Positions 1-9,499 of a DNA stretch of 30,925 bases are shown here, piece after piece (position 1 is the first letter of the stretch; the number at the start of each line of letters is the position of its first letter). The notes beneath the pieces are model-generated. The model was given only the letters and a program-made list of their open reading frames with translations. It did no database searches and was not told the DNA's origin. This DNA is from a virus (Duplodnaviria > Caudoviricetes). The DNA lies in IMG/VR virus record IMGVR_UViG_3300028906_000010, positions 1 to 30,925 of that record; one strand, given 5' to 3'. The position numbers and the translations under genes were made by a program.

Positions 1-2861
1 AACGGGATCTCGCCCGCGGCCTGATTGTCGCCGAGCACCCACATGACCGGGTCGTTGTAGGCGCTGGCCCGGGCGGTATAAATAATGTCGCCGGTCGGCC
101 GGACGCCGAGGATGGCGGGCACGGTCGAGGCGGCGATGTTGGTGAGCGACGTGGACGCGGGCTCGTTGCCGATGTCCTGGCAGGACACGACCGGTGTGGT
201 GACGTCGGGCAGGATGGCGCGCCGCCCGGGCAGCGCCCCGGCCTGCAGCAGCCGCTCAACCCGGTACGAGGCGGCCTCGCCCGCCATCGCGGTGGCCCCG
301 GCCTGGTAGTGGGTGAGGATCCGCCCGGCGGCGAGCATGCGGCCGGTCAGCGCGACGTGGGCGGTGTACCCGTTGTAGACGCCGCCGCCGACCCGGCCGG
401 CCGCGGCCCAGTTGCCGTTAAACCACAGCGCGTTGAAGTTCGCGGGCAGCGTGTGCGTCCAGGTGCCCGACGCGACCAGGGCGCCGTTGACGTACGCCGA
501 GTAGGTGGTCCGGTTGAAGGCCACGGCGACGTGGAACAGGCCGGACGGGATGCCGGGCGTGGTGATGAGGTTCACCGAGTTGACCGCCCCGGCGTTCTGC
601 AGCGACTGCAGCACCAGGTACGGGCTGGTGGTCGCGGCGTAGACGTTGAGGACGTTGCCGGTGGTGTTCATCAGCGACAGCAGGAACCCGATGATCGGGC
701 TGCCGCCGGCCCACTGGAACCAGCCCTCGACGGTGACCCCGTTGGTGATCGACGGGTAGCCCGCGTCGGTGCAGGACAGCGAGTACCCGTTCAGGCCGGT
801 GGACGGCACGCCGGTCTGCGCCCACATGGTGCCCTGCGTGGACAGCCGCTGGGTGGTGGTGACGGTGGTGATCGTGTCGCCGGGCAGGGCACCGGAGTTC
901 TGGCCGAACTCCTGGATCGCGGTGCCGCCGGTGCCGTTCTTGGACAGCACCACGTTCAGCGGCTTGCTGTTGCCCGGCGCGATGTTGGACGCCCCGGTGG
1001 TGGCGCGCAGGTTGATGCCGGATTCGAGCGGATCCGAGCACGGCCAGTAGGCGTACGGGCTGTCGTTGAGCACCTCGGTGCGCAGGATCGACGCCAGGTT
1101 CGTGTTCGCGTAGCCCCATATGTCGGTGGTGGAGGCGACGGTCTGCCCGCGGAGCATCTCGCCGGGCCACGACGGCGGCCACCGCTGGAAGTAGCCGGCC
1201 GAGTCCACGTACCAGGGGGTCACGTTCGGCGCGCCGCGGGAGTCCTCGCGCCACGGGGCGAGGATCGAGGAGGTGGCCGAGTTCTGCGCGGTCCAGGCCA
1301 CGGCGGGCGGCGGCTGCAGCCAGGCCGTGCCGGGCGGCGCCGCGGCGCCGGTGAAGACGGTGGCCGCGGCCGGGGTGCCCCCGGCCTGGATGAGGATGTT
1401 GGCCTGCGTCGCCGTGGCCGGGGCGACCCCGCTGGCGGTGGCGAGGACGGCCGCTGCGGTGGTGACCGAGGCCGAGGCGGTGCTGGAGATGAGGGTGCCG
1501 CCGGAGGTGCGCCAGACGATGAGCAGGGCGGCCCCGGACGCCCAGGCGGGCGTGCACGCCAGCCACGCCGACGCCGAGTAGGTGACGCCCGCGGTGACGG
1601 GGAAGATGATGCCGGTGGTCACCTGCGGCTGGGCGGTTGACCCGTTCCCGGAGAACTGGACCTGCCAGGCCCCGCCGGGCCACGCGGCGCGGGTGCGGAA
1701 CGGCGTGCCGCTGTCGATGCCCGCGAACGCGCCGGACCCGGGCGGGATGAGGGCCTGGTCGGGGTTGTCGAGCGTGAGGGTGCCCTGCCCGGCCTGGAGC
1801 TGGCCGAGGGTGTACCCGCGACCCTGGGTGAACCCGGAGGCGAGCGTGCGGCCCGTCAGCGGCACCCACGTGAGCTGGTCGGGCGGTGTGCCGGGCCCGG
1901 CGCCGGGCGCGATCTCGGTGACCGTGTAGGGCTGCTGGGAGCTTTTCAGCGTGGGCTGGGTGCCGGTGACGGCGATGGCGGCGATGACGCCGGAGAAGTC
2001 GAGCGCCCCGGTGGAGCTCCACGCGGCGGTGGTGGCGCCCGTGGTGACCTGGGTGGCGGCGTTCACGGTGATGTCGACGGTGTGGTCGATGCCGTTGCTG
2101 GCGGATTCGGCGGTGACCGACGACCAGCCCCCGGCGGCGAGGGACACCGTGTCGGCGATGTTGTCCGACCCGGCGACGGCGAGCACGACCGAGTTCCCGG
2201 CGGGCGCGGCCAGCGACAGCGACAGCGCCGTCGCGGCGTTCGCGAAGCCGGCGGCGATCAGCTCCAGCGCCGACCAGGGCGAGATCCCGGACACGTCGTA
2301 GATGACGGCGCCCAGGCCGGTGACGAAGCCGGTGGGGGCGATCATGACCTGGCCCTGCGGCGGCAGGCGGGCGGCCGGGGCGGCCCAGATGGCGCAGCGG
2401 GTGACCCCGGCGGCGGAGCTGGTGCCGGACGGCTGGCCGAGCGGGTCCCACCAGTTGGCGCCGTCGGCGACCGAGCAGGTGACCCCGGCCTGGGTGACGG
2501 TGTCGCCGGTGGCCATGATCACCTTGGCGGACGGGGTGAAGAACACGTTGACGAACCCGAACGCCGGGGCGGACAGGCTGGTCACGGTGAACACGACGCC
2601 GGGGTTGAACGTGTCGGTGAACTGCTGGCCCACCATGATGGCGGACGCCTGGGCGGCGGAGACGGTGAAGTAGGCGGCGACAGGGGTGCCGGACACGGCG
2701 AACGTCCACACCGACCCGGGGGGCTGGCGCCAGGTGATGCAGGCGACGAGCCAGTCGCCGGGGGTCATGACGACGGGGACGGCCAGCGACTGGGTGGCGG
2801 GGTAGATGCCGCCCGGGTAGCACTGGGCGTTCCCGCCGGCGAGGGTTGCCTGGACAGCCAT
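1..2861 (-). CDS. Large minor tail/baseplate-hub-like protein with a LamG/ConA-like domain; runs off the window edge (at least 953 aa)
   Basis: Absent from the ORF track because it has no stop in the window. ATG at 2861 gives MAVQATLAGGNAQCYPGG and stays open to position 3 (...DNQAAGEIP). Contains TQGRGYTLGQLQAGQGTLTLDNPD and AGEAASYRVERLL typical of actinophage tail proteins, and SPYAYWPCSD...VTVEGWF...FHVAVAF...AYVNG (LamG-like). Confidence 0.85.
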   Translation of the reverse strand, partial: MAVQATLAGGNAQCYPGGIYPATQSLAVPVVMTPGDWLVACITWRQPPGSVWTFAVSGTPVAAYFTVSAAQASAIMVGQQFTDTFNPGVVFTVTSLSAPAFGFVNVFFTPSAKVIMATGDTVTQAGVTCSVADGANWWDPLGQPSGTSSAAGVTRCAIWAAPAARLPPQGQVMIAPTGFVTGLGAVIYDVSGISPWSALELIAAGFANAATALSLSLAAPAGNSVVLAVAGSDNIADTVSLAAGGWSSVTAESASNGIDHTVDITVNAATQVTTGATTAAWSSTGALDFSGVIAAIAVTGTQPTLKSSQQPYTVTEIAPGAGPGTPPDQLTWVPLTGRTLASGFTQGRGYTLGQLQAGQGTLTLDNPDQALIPPGSGAFAGIDSGTPFRTRAAWPGGAWQVQFSGNGSTAQPQVTTGIIFPVTAGVTYSASAWLACTPAWASGAALLIVWRTSGGTLISSTASASVTTAAAVLATASGVAPATATQANILIQAGGTPAAATVFTGAAAPPGTAWLQPPPAVAWTAQNSATSSILAPWREDSRGAPNVTPWYVDSAGYFQRWPPSWPGEMLRGQTVASTTDIWGYANTNLASILRTEVLNDSPYAYWPCSDPLESGINLRATTGASNIAPGNSKPLNVVLSKNGTGGTAIQEFGQNSGALPGDTITTVTTTQRLSTQGTMWAQTGVPSTGLNGYSLSCTDAGYPSITNGVTVEGWFQWAGGSPIIGFLLSLMNTTGNVLNVYAATTSPYLVLQSLQNAGAVNSVNLITTPGIPSGLFHVAVAFNRTTYSAYVNGALVASGTWTHTLPANFNALWFNGNWAAAGRVGGGVYNGYTAHVALTGRMLAAGRILTHYQAGATAMAGEAASYRVERLLQAGALPGRRAILPDVTTPVVSCQDIGNEPASTSLTNIAASTVPAILGVRPTGDIIYTARASAYNDPVMWVLGDNQAAGEIP

Positions 2862-2868
2862 CAGCGGC

Positions 2869-4413
2869 TCACGCGCATGCCAGGTACCCGGCGAGCATGT
2901 CGCCGATGGCCTGGTGGCCGAGGTTGGACGGATGGACGTTGTCGCCGCTCTGCCAGAATCCGTAGGCGTCGGTGTCGGCGCCCGGGATCCGCGGCCCCAT
3001 CGTGAAGTCCATGACGCTGACGAGGCTGGTGCCGCCCGGGCCGGAGGTGTCGGCCGCGGCGATGGCCCACGCCTGGGTCACGTACTGCGCCCACGGGTAG
3101 GTGTAGGTGCTCTGGAGCGTGCGCGGCGGCAGCATGGCCAGGATGAACGCCGGGTACGGGGCGGTCAGCGCGGCTTTCAGGCTGGTGATGATCTGCTTGA
3201 GGTTGGCGGCGTAGGTGGCCGGGGTGACGTTGACGTCCTGGTCGTTGGTGCCGAGGCAGATGACGATGGCGGCGGGGTTGAGCGCGGCGATCGCGGCGGC
3301 CGGCCCGGCGGTGCCGGTGGCGAGGACGCCGGTCCAGTTGCTGGTCTGCCAGCCGAAGTGCCCGGCGTCGTGGACCTGGATGCCGCTGGTGTAGTCGCCG
3401 TTGTACTCGGTGACGCCCGTGATCGAGGTCGTGGCGCCCGACACCCACGAGACCTTGAGGGTGTGCGCGCCCGCGCTGCCGAGCGGGACGTGGGTGACCT
3501 TCCCGTCGACGGTGCCGCCGCCCCCGGTCGCGACGTTCGTGACCGACCCGCCGTCCACCTGCCAGCCGAACGTGCCGCCGCCGAATACCTGCACCCAGTT
3601 GATGTCGGCCGAGTCGCCGTTCAGGTTCCAGGTGACCGTGGTGGCGCCGGAGGACAGGTTGACGAACTGGCTCTTGGGTCCGAGCGTGGCGCCGCTGCCC
3701 GGCGATCCGGCGATGGTGGACGGCCAGGTGAACGAGGTCTCGCCGGAGCTGGCCACGCCGAGGAACCCGCGGCCCCCGCCGGACAGGCCCGGCGTGGGGA
3801 ACCGGGTGCGGAGCACGTCGCGGAGCCGGCCGAGGTAGCGGTTGTCGAATGCCGTGACGTGCTGTCCTTCGGTGATCGAGTCACCGAGGCAGACGATGTT
3901 GCAGCGGGCGAACTGGCGGTTGCCCAGCGCGGCGGCCAGCGGGGTGAGCGCCTGGTAGGACTGCGCGAACGCCCACGCGGTGCCCGTGGCCGCCTCGTTG
4001 ACGACGGGGAACTGGCCGGGCTGCGCGGTCCCGGACGGCAGCGGCATCACGCCGGTCACCTGCGTGGCCGGGACATAGGCGGCGAGGCCGGAGATGTCCT
4101 GCGTGGCGCCGCTGGCGAAGTTGAGCACCACGTTCTGCGTCCACAGGGCGACGCCGCTGATGCCCTTGACGGTGAGCACCCAGTAGGTCCCGGCGGGGAT
4201 GTCCGCGTTGTCGTTGGCCATCAGCCCCGGCAGGCTGAACGTGCCGCAGGCCACGCCGTTCACCGTCGCGTTGGCCAGCGTCACCGGATCCGGCACCGGC
4301 GGGATGAGCAGGTCGTCCGTCGGGTCGGCCACCCAGCCGGACAGGGCGGCGGTCAGCACCGCGCCCCCGGCGCCAGGCAGCGTGCCGGTCAGGGTGATGT
4401 AGTTCAGGCTCAC
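2869..4413 (-). CDS. SGNH/GDSL hydrolase with N-terminal tail-protein-like domain (514 aa)
   Basis: GTG at 4413 overlaps the tape measure stop (GTGA). Blocks GDSITEG, DAGHFG, CLGTND and DNVHP are all present in order. Confidence 0.9.
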   Translation of the reverse strand: MSLNYITLTGTLPGAGGAVLTAALSGWVADPTDDLLIPPVPDPVTLANATVNGVACGTFSLPGLMANDNADIPAGTYWVLTVKGISGVALWTQNVVLNFASGATQDISGLAAYVPATQVTGVMPLPSGTAQPGQFPVVNEAATGTAWAFAQSYQALTPLAAALGNRQFARCNIVCLGDSITEGQHVTAFDNRYLGRLRDVLRTRFPTPGLSGGGRGFLGVASSGETSFTWPSTIAGSPGSGATLGPKSQFVNLSSGATTVTWNLNGDSADINWVQVFGGGTFGWQVDGGSVTNVATGGGGTVDGKVTHVPLGSAGAHTLKVSWVSGATTSITGVTEYNGDYTSGIQVHDAGHFGWQTSNWTGVLATGTAGPAAAIAALNPAAIVICLGTNDQDVNVTPATYAANLKQIITSLKAALTAPYPAFILAMLPPRTLQSTYTYPWAQYVTQAWAIAAADTSGPGGTSLVSVMDFTMGPRIPGADTDAYGFWQSGDNVHPSNLGHQAIGDMLAGYLACA

Positions 4414-6854
4414 GAGCGCCTCCCGGGCAGGAACAGGCCGGAGCCCTGATTCAGTTGCGTGTAGCGCAAGATGGCTTCCTGGACGACCTGCTGGAGCTGC
4501 TGGAGCTGCTGCGGGCTGGCGAGGGCCGCGCCCCCGGTCAGGGTGACCGGCACCGTGATGTGCACGGGTGCCGCCGAAGCGCCGCCGGCGATGCCGAGCG
4601 GCAGGCCGCCGAGCACCGACGTGACCGCGCTTTTCACCAGGTGGGCGTTGTCGATGATGCCGTTCGCCCAGCCCTGGTCCATCATCCGGCCGTGCTCCCA
4701 GGTGACCCGCGACGGGGAGCCGATGTGCAGCAGGTGCTCGGCGGCGCTGACCGCGTCGCCCACGACGCCCTCGGCGGCGCTGACCAGGCTGCCCGCCTCG
4801 TCCCGGATCCCGCTGATCATGCCCTCGATGAGCCGCTCGCCCGCGCTGACCAGCAGGCCGCCGATGTTGCCGAGCGCGCCGAGGATCCGGCCGGGGATCG
4901 ACCGGGTGTACGACACGACCGCCGACCAGGACCGGTCCCACGCCGCCTCGATCTGGTGACCTGCGGAAACGATGTCCGATTCGACCCGTGAGCCGAACCG
5001 GGACACGTCGGTGTTGATCGCGTCCGTGGCCGAGGAAATGTCGTGGCGGATCCCGTCCCAGGCGCCCGCCACGGCATGCCGGGCGTCGTCGAAGTCGCGG
5101 CGGGTGTCGTTCGCCCAGTTCGCCTCGTCGGTGCCCATCTGCTTGGTGACGTCGTTGAAGTCCCTGCCGAACACGGCCACGGCGTGCCGGGTCTCGTCGA
5201 ACCAGTTGCGGGCCGACTTGGCCCCGGCCGAGATCTCGTCCCAGAAGTTCATGGCGTTGTGCGCCATCCGGGTCAGCCCGCCGAGGGTGAACGACAGCGC
5301 CTCGAACGCGATGTTGACCGCGTTGATGTAGTCCTGCTTGGAAAAGGACTCCATGATCTTCGCGAAGTCGCCCGCGAGTTTGCCCAGGTCAGTCCCGATG
5401 GTCGTGATCACGGCGGGCGAGATCTTCGACAGGTAGGTGATGAACTCCTGGAACCCGCCCGACCCGGACCCGGGGCTGACCCCGCCGAACAGGTGACCGA
5501 GCCGCTCGACCCCGCCGGGCACGATCCGGATGGCCTTGTCTAGCTGGCCGAGCAGCCCCTCGACCGCTCCGGCAGCGCCCTTGGCCAGCGGTTCGAGCGC
5601 GGGCAGGAGGTCGTCGGCTACCTTGAGCCCGTCGTTGAAGATCTTGAACGCGTCCGGCTCGAACGCCTTGACCATCTGGCCGTACTCGGTCTTCAGCTCG
5701 TCGAGCGAGCGCAGCGCGGGCCGGACCGCCGGGGGCACGTCCTCCCAGGCGATCTTCAGCTTCGCCGCGGCGGTCGCCTCGGCCTCAAGGTTGTCCTTGG
5801 ACGGGTCCGTCCGCTCGAGCTGCACCGCGGCCCGGTAGGCGGCCTGTGCCTGCGAGATGCCCGTGTAGCTGCTGGCGATCTTCTCCAGAGACGGGACGGC
5901 CAGCGCGGCCAGCGCGCCGATCCCGGCCCCGGCGGCGAGCCCGGCGCCGACGAGGCCGCCGAGCTCCACCACGACCCCGGCTATGGCCGGGGCGACGACG
6001 AGCAGCCCGGCGGCCAGCGCGCCGACGTTGCCCAGCAGGGCGCCGACAGACGCCTCGCCGCCTTCGCCGCCGCCGGCGAAGAAGTTCAGGATGCGCAGCA
6101 GGCCGCCTCCGCCTCCGCCGCCCTCCCCGGCGCCCACGATGCCCTCGAGGTCGCGCGCCACCCCGGCCGACACGGTGTCCAGGTCTTCCAGATCCACGGC
6201 CAGGGCGTGAAGCTTGGCCCGGTAGTCGTCGATCGCGGACGCGCCGCCCGTGAACGCCTCGGACGCTTCCAGGCCCGTGGTGCGGATCTGGTCGCCGGTC
6301 ACCTCCGCCTCTTGCCGCGTGCGGCCGAGCGCTCTGGCTTCCTCCTCGAGGTCCTGCGTCCCGGCGACGATGTACTCGTTCATCCCGGACCGGGTGATCG
6401 CGACCGTCTCGCCCTCGGCCAGCGCGCCCAGCTCGGACCGCAGCGTGGTCAGGGTCTGCTGGAGGCCGGACGCCTCGAAGTTCGACTGGCTCAGCGAATG
6501 GTCGAGGGCCTCCATCGAGACGTTGTCGGCGTCGGCGGCGGCGGCCATGGCGAGCAGGCTGGCGGTCGCGTCGTCGATGCCGGGGTTGGCTTCGTAGATT
6601 TCGTCGCGGAACCGGGCCACGGTCTCGGCCAGGGTCTCGGTGGACGCCGCGTCGTCGTCAGCGGACGCGGCCATCTCGTCGAGAGCCCCGCCGGTCTCGG
6701 CAGCCTTGTCCCGCAGCGAGCCGAGCCCCTCGCCTGCCTGCTCGACGACATCCGCGAAGCCCTCGGTCTTGGCCGCGGCGTCGTCGATCGGCTCGATATA
6801 ATCGGACATATCGGCTATAAAAGCCTGCTGCACCGGCTCCAGCTCGTCGGCCAT
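4410..6854 (-). CDS. Tape measure protein (814 aa)
   Basis: ATG at 6854 (TGATG overlap; MADELEPVQQAFIAD). Ala/Gly-rich helical composition, hydrophobic mid-section, periodic W/F repeats, C-terminal LHIGSPSRV motif, located downstream of tail chaperone. Confidence 0.92.
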   Translation of the reverse strand: MADELEPVQQAFIADMSDYIEPIDDAAAKTEGFADVVEQAGEGLGSLRDKAAETGGALDEMAASADDDAASTETLAETVARFRDEIYEANPGIDDATASLLAMAAAADADNVSMEALDHSLSQSNFEASGLQQTLTTLRSELGALAEGETVAITRSGMNEYIVAGTQDLEEEARALGRTRQEAEVTGDQIRTTGLEASEAFTGGASAIDDYRAKLHALAVDLEDLDTVSAGVARDLEGIVGAGEGGGGGGGLLRILNFFAGGGEGGEASVGALLGNVGALAAGLLVVAPAIAGVVVELGGLVGAGLAAGAGIGALAALAVPSLEKIASSYTGISQAQAAYRAAVQLERTDPSKDNLEAEATAAAKLKIAWEDVPPAVRPALRSLDELKTEYGQMVKAFEPDAFKIFNDGLKVADDLLPALEPLAKGAAGAVEGLLGQLDKAIRIVPGGVERLGHLFGGVSPGSGSGGFQEFITYLSKISPAVITTIGTDLGKLAGDFAKIMESFSKQDYINAVNIAFEALSFTLGGLTRMAHNAMNFWDEISAGAKSARNWFDETRHAVAVFGRDFNDVTKQMGTDEANWANDTRRDFDDARHAVAGAWDGIRHDISSATDAINTDVSRFGSRVESDIVSAGHQIEAAWDRSWSAVVSYTRSIPGRILGALGNIGGLLVSAGERLIEGMISGIRDEAGSLVSAAEGVVGDAVSAAEHLLHIGSPSRVTWEHGRMMDQGWANGIIDNAHLVKSAVTSVLGGLPLGIAGGASAAPVHITVPVTLTGGAALASPQQLQQLQQVVQEAILRYTQLNQGSGLFLPGRRS

Positions 6855-7327
6855 CAGAGCATTCCCTCGACGGCGTTCTTCGCGGCGTTGTGGCAGGCCG
6901 ACCGCGCGGCCGGGGACATCACCATGTAGGGCCGGGGCGGCAGGTAGACGTGCTGGCTGAAATGCACGCCGCCCGGCCCCTCCCACCGCAGGTAGCCGAG
7001 CCGTCCGGACGCCGTGGTGTGCTTGGGCCGGATGTGGCCGCCGAGCTGCTGTATCCGCGCGTAGACGGTGTGCGGGGCGACCGACACCCAGAACGCGTAC
7101 GGGCCGACGGGGTGGCCGCCGCCGCGGCGGATGGACCGGGCCAGGGTGCCGGTGACCCGGGCGGGCGGCGTGCCGGGCGGGCTGGGCGACCCGCCGTGCA
7201 TCGAGGAGACGACGACGCGGATGTAGGCGTCGCCCATGGCGTGCGCGGCGCGGATCGGCGCCTCGGCTTTCAGCTCGTCCGCGATCCGGTGCAGGTAGCC
7301 GGGCAGTTCCGCCACGGTGATCGGCAT
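6854..7327 (-). CDS. Tail completion/virion morphogenesis protein (HK97 gp10 / Mu gpG-like)
   Basis: PSPPGTPPARVTGTLARSI and VYARIQQLGG motifs; GGGAGG Shine-Dalgarno upstream. Confidence 0.8.
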   Translation of the reverse strand: MPITVAELPGYLHRIADELKAEAPIRAAHAMGDAYIRVVVSSMHGGSPSPPGTPPARVTGTLARSIRRGGGHPVGPYAFWVSVAPHTVYARIQQLGGHIRPKHTTASGRLGYLRWEGPGGVHFSQHVYLPPRPYMVMSPAARSACHNAAKNAVEGML

Positions 7328-7341
7328 GCCCGGCCTCCCTT

Positions 7342-7554
7342 CTACTTCCCGGCCCGGATGTGGTCGAGGGTGATGGCCGCGGGCAGCAGCCAGGCCGCCA
7401 CCCCGGCCGGCAGCTCGGCGCGCGCCTCCCGGGTCATGGTCGGGAACCGCAGCAGGTACTGGATGTCCTCCCAGTCGTCGGCGCTCAGTCCTTCAGGGAG
7501 GCTGCCCTGGCCCTTGAGCGCCCGTTCAAGCTGGAGGTAGTCGTCTCTTTTGGG
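7342..7554 (-). CDS. Tail assembly chaperone T segment reached by -1 frameshift (GT fusion about 193 aa)
   Basis: The -1 frame reads PKRDDYLQLERALKGQGSLPEGLSADDWEDIQYLLRFPTMTREARAELPAGVAAWLLPAAITLDHIRAGK* and fills the gap to the next gene; lambda gpG/gpGT arrangement. Confidence 0.85.
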   Translation of the reverse strand, partial: PKRDDYLQLERALKGQGSLPEGLSADDWEDIQYLLRFPTMTREARAELPAGVAAWLLPAAITLDHIRAGK

Positions 7555-7922
7555 TCCGGCCGCCGCAGCTTGGCCAGGTAGGGCGCGAGGATCTGCTCGA
7601 TCTCGTCCTCGTCGCCGAGCGGGTAGTCGCCGATCACCTCCGGGTGCGCGATGCGGCCCAGCTCGTCAAGGCCGGGCACCGGCAGCGGCTCGCCGCCGCT
7701 CTCGAACGACCAGCCGGTGATGAAGCAGGCCATGGCCGCGTTGCGGCGCATCTCGCGGCCGTCGAGCCGCTCGGCCACGGCGCGGATGGCGTCCAGGTCG
7801 CCGCCCTCGGTGAGCGGCAGCGCGAACCGGATGACCTTGTCGAACCGGTCGCGGTCCTTGCCCTTGAGGTCGGCCAGGGGCGTGATCTCGATCCACGTCC
7901 CGGATTCCAGGTCATGGCGCAC
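7485..7922 (-). CDS. Tail assembly chaperone, G product (145 aa)
   Basis: GTG at 7922 behind GGAGG (7930-7934); VRHDLESGTWIEITPL...ITGWSFE...LPVP; directly follows tail tube gene; ends just past a slippery site. Confidence 0.85.
   Translation of the reverse strand: MRHDLESGTWIEITPLADLKGKDRDRFDKVIRFALPLTEGGDLDAIRAVAERLDGREMRRNAAMACFITGWSFESGGEPLPVPGLDELGRIAHPEVIGDYPLGDEDEIEQILAPYLAKLRRPDPKETTTSSLNGRSRARAASLKD
7548..7554 (-). other. -1 ribosomal frameshift slippery heptamer C CCA AAA
   Basis: X XXY YYZ heptamer in correct phase with the chaperone frame (GAC CCA AAA GAG). Confidence 0.85.
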
Positions 7923-7933
7923 AGGGGTGCCTC

Positions 7934-9235
7934 CTAGTAGCTCGGGACCGCGTTGACCAGCGTGATCTTCGTGGCGGACTTGCCGCCGGACGCGCCGGTC
8001 AGCGGCCCGGTGAACGGGGTGCAGGTGAAACTCGCCGCGGTGTGCGGCGCGTTGCCGGACACGTCGTAGCCGAACAGCTCCGAGGAGTCGTTCAGGTCGG
8101 CGGCCAGGTAGGCGCCGAACCCGATGTCGATGGTCACGGAGACGAGGTTGGCTCCGGACAGGCCGTTGCCCGCGATGAACTCGAGCTGCGGCTGGACGTT
8201 GGTCAGCATGTTCGTCAGCGCCGTGTCGTCGATGCTCGGCGAGAACGTGAGCTTGAACGGGATGTCGTCCTGCTTGCCGCGGCCGATGACGAACGGGGGC
8301 TGGGTGCCGTCGTTGGTGTTGTACGCCTTGACCGCGCGGGGGATCGTCACCGACCATTCGGCGGTGTTCTTGACCTGGGTGCCGGAGGATGCGACGCCGC
8401 CGACGCCGACCGCGGAGCGCCACGACGGGTAGGGCAGCACCGAGGAGACGTTGGTCGTGGCCACGGCCGAGCCGGGAACGGACCGGGTCTGGCAGACGGC
8501 CTTGCCGGTCCAGGCGAGCAGCTTCTCGGAGTTTCCGGTGATGGTCAGCTCGGACAGGCACGAGTACGAGTACTGGTCGGCCAGGCCCGTCGCGGGGATG
8601 CCGGTCCGGTCGGTGATGGTGTGCGTGGGCGGCTGCGCGGCCTGCCCGGCGTAGGGCGCGCCGACCAGGCCGTTGAGCAGCGAGAACGAGTGGGTGTACG
8701 GGGCGGTGGTGTTGTTCACCGTCATCGTCGTGGCGTGGGCGAACCGGGTGGCCTGCCCGGCCGCGAGGACGATCGACGTGGCCGTCGACCCGGAGCCGAC
8801 CTGCACGATCTCGGGCGCGGCGGGCGAGCCGGTGTCGACCAGCTCGACCCACATGCCGTTGGTGAACGACGCGCCGCCGGAGACGACGGGGATGGCGGTG
8901 AGCCCGGCGGCCATGGTGCCGGACGTGGTCGCGGTGGGGCTGGCGGTGGTGCCGGTGACGGTGTAGTCGCCGAGGATGTTGTACAGGAAGTGGCCGAACG
9001 TGTCGCCGAACACGCTGCCGCCGATGTCGTACCCGGCGATGAGGGGACCCTGGTAGACGCCGTAGCTGCCGCCCATGGACCCCTGGAAGCTTTCGTCCTT
9101 GAGCCAGATGGGCTTGTTGGACGGCTTGAGGCTGGTGAACGGGACGGGCACGCCGACGGTCGCCGGAGGGGTGCCGGGCGTGGCTTCCTTGATTATGTAG
9201 AGTTCCCGTTCCTGGACCGGAAAGAGCGCGACCAC
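7934..9235 (-). CDS. Major tail (tube) protein with inserted beta domain (433 aa)
   Basis: N-terminal IIKEATPGTP, PYTHSFSLLNG, AQPPTHTITD; position between terminator-like gene and chaperone. Confidence 0.88.
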   Translation of the reverse strand: MVALFPVQERELYIIKEATPGTPPATVGVPVPFTSLKPSNKPIWLKDESFQGSMGGSYGVYQGPLIAGYDIGGSVFGDTFGHFLYNILGDYTVTGTTASPTATTSGTMAAGLTAIPVVSGGASFTNGMWVELVDTGSPAAPEIVQVGSGSTATSIVLAAGQATRFAHATTMTVNNTTAPYTHSFSLLNGLVGAPYAGQAAQPPTHTITDRTGIPATGLADQYSYSCLSELTITGNSEKLLAWTGKAVCQTRSVPGSAVATTNVSSVLPYPSWRSAVGVGGVASSGTQVKNTAEWSVTIPRAVKAYNTNDGTQPPFVIGRGKQDDIPFKLTFSPSIDDTALTNMLTNVQPQLEFIAGNGLSGANLVSVTIDIGFGAYLAADLNDSSELFGYDVSGNAPHTAASFTCTPFTGPLTGASGGKSATKITLVNAVPSY

Positions 9236-9238
9236 GGG

Positions 9239-9499
9239 TCATTCCCCTTGCTTGGGTGCGGGCGCCGCGGCGGCCGGCGGCGGTGGCTTCGGCCCGTCGG
9301 GCGTGATGACGACCGGCGTGGCGGGCGGTGGCGGGCTCTTCTCGTCCGGCGGGGTGACGAGCCTGGGCTCGTCCGGCTCGATGAGCCGCCACGGCCCCCA
9401 GTCCGGTTCGGTGTCGAACTCGCGGACGTCGCCCGGGCGGACGGTCCCGCCGTCGCCGTCGTCGTGCGGGCCGGGGCCGGTGTACTCGTACTCAGGCAT
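9239..9499 (-). CDS. Small Pro-rich protein preceding tail tube (86 aa)
   Basis: ATG in TGATG overlap with upstream stop; MPEYEYTGPGP...VRPGDVREF. Confidence 0.75.
   Translation of the reverse strand: MPEYEYTGPGPHDDGDGGTVRPGDVREFDTEPDWGPWRLIEPDEPRLVTPPDEKSPPPPATPVVITPDGPKPPPPAAAAPAPKQGE

Noticed and set aside
418-2823. 801-aa minus-strand ORF in the track
   Set aside because: Arg/His/Pro-rich off-frame reading; the real gene is the frame starting at 2861 that runs off the window
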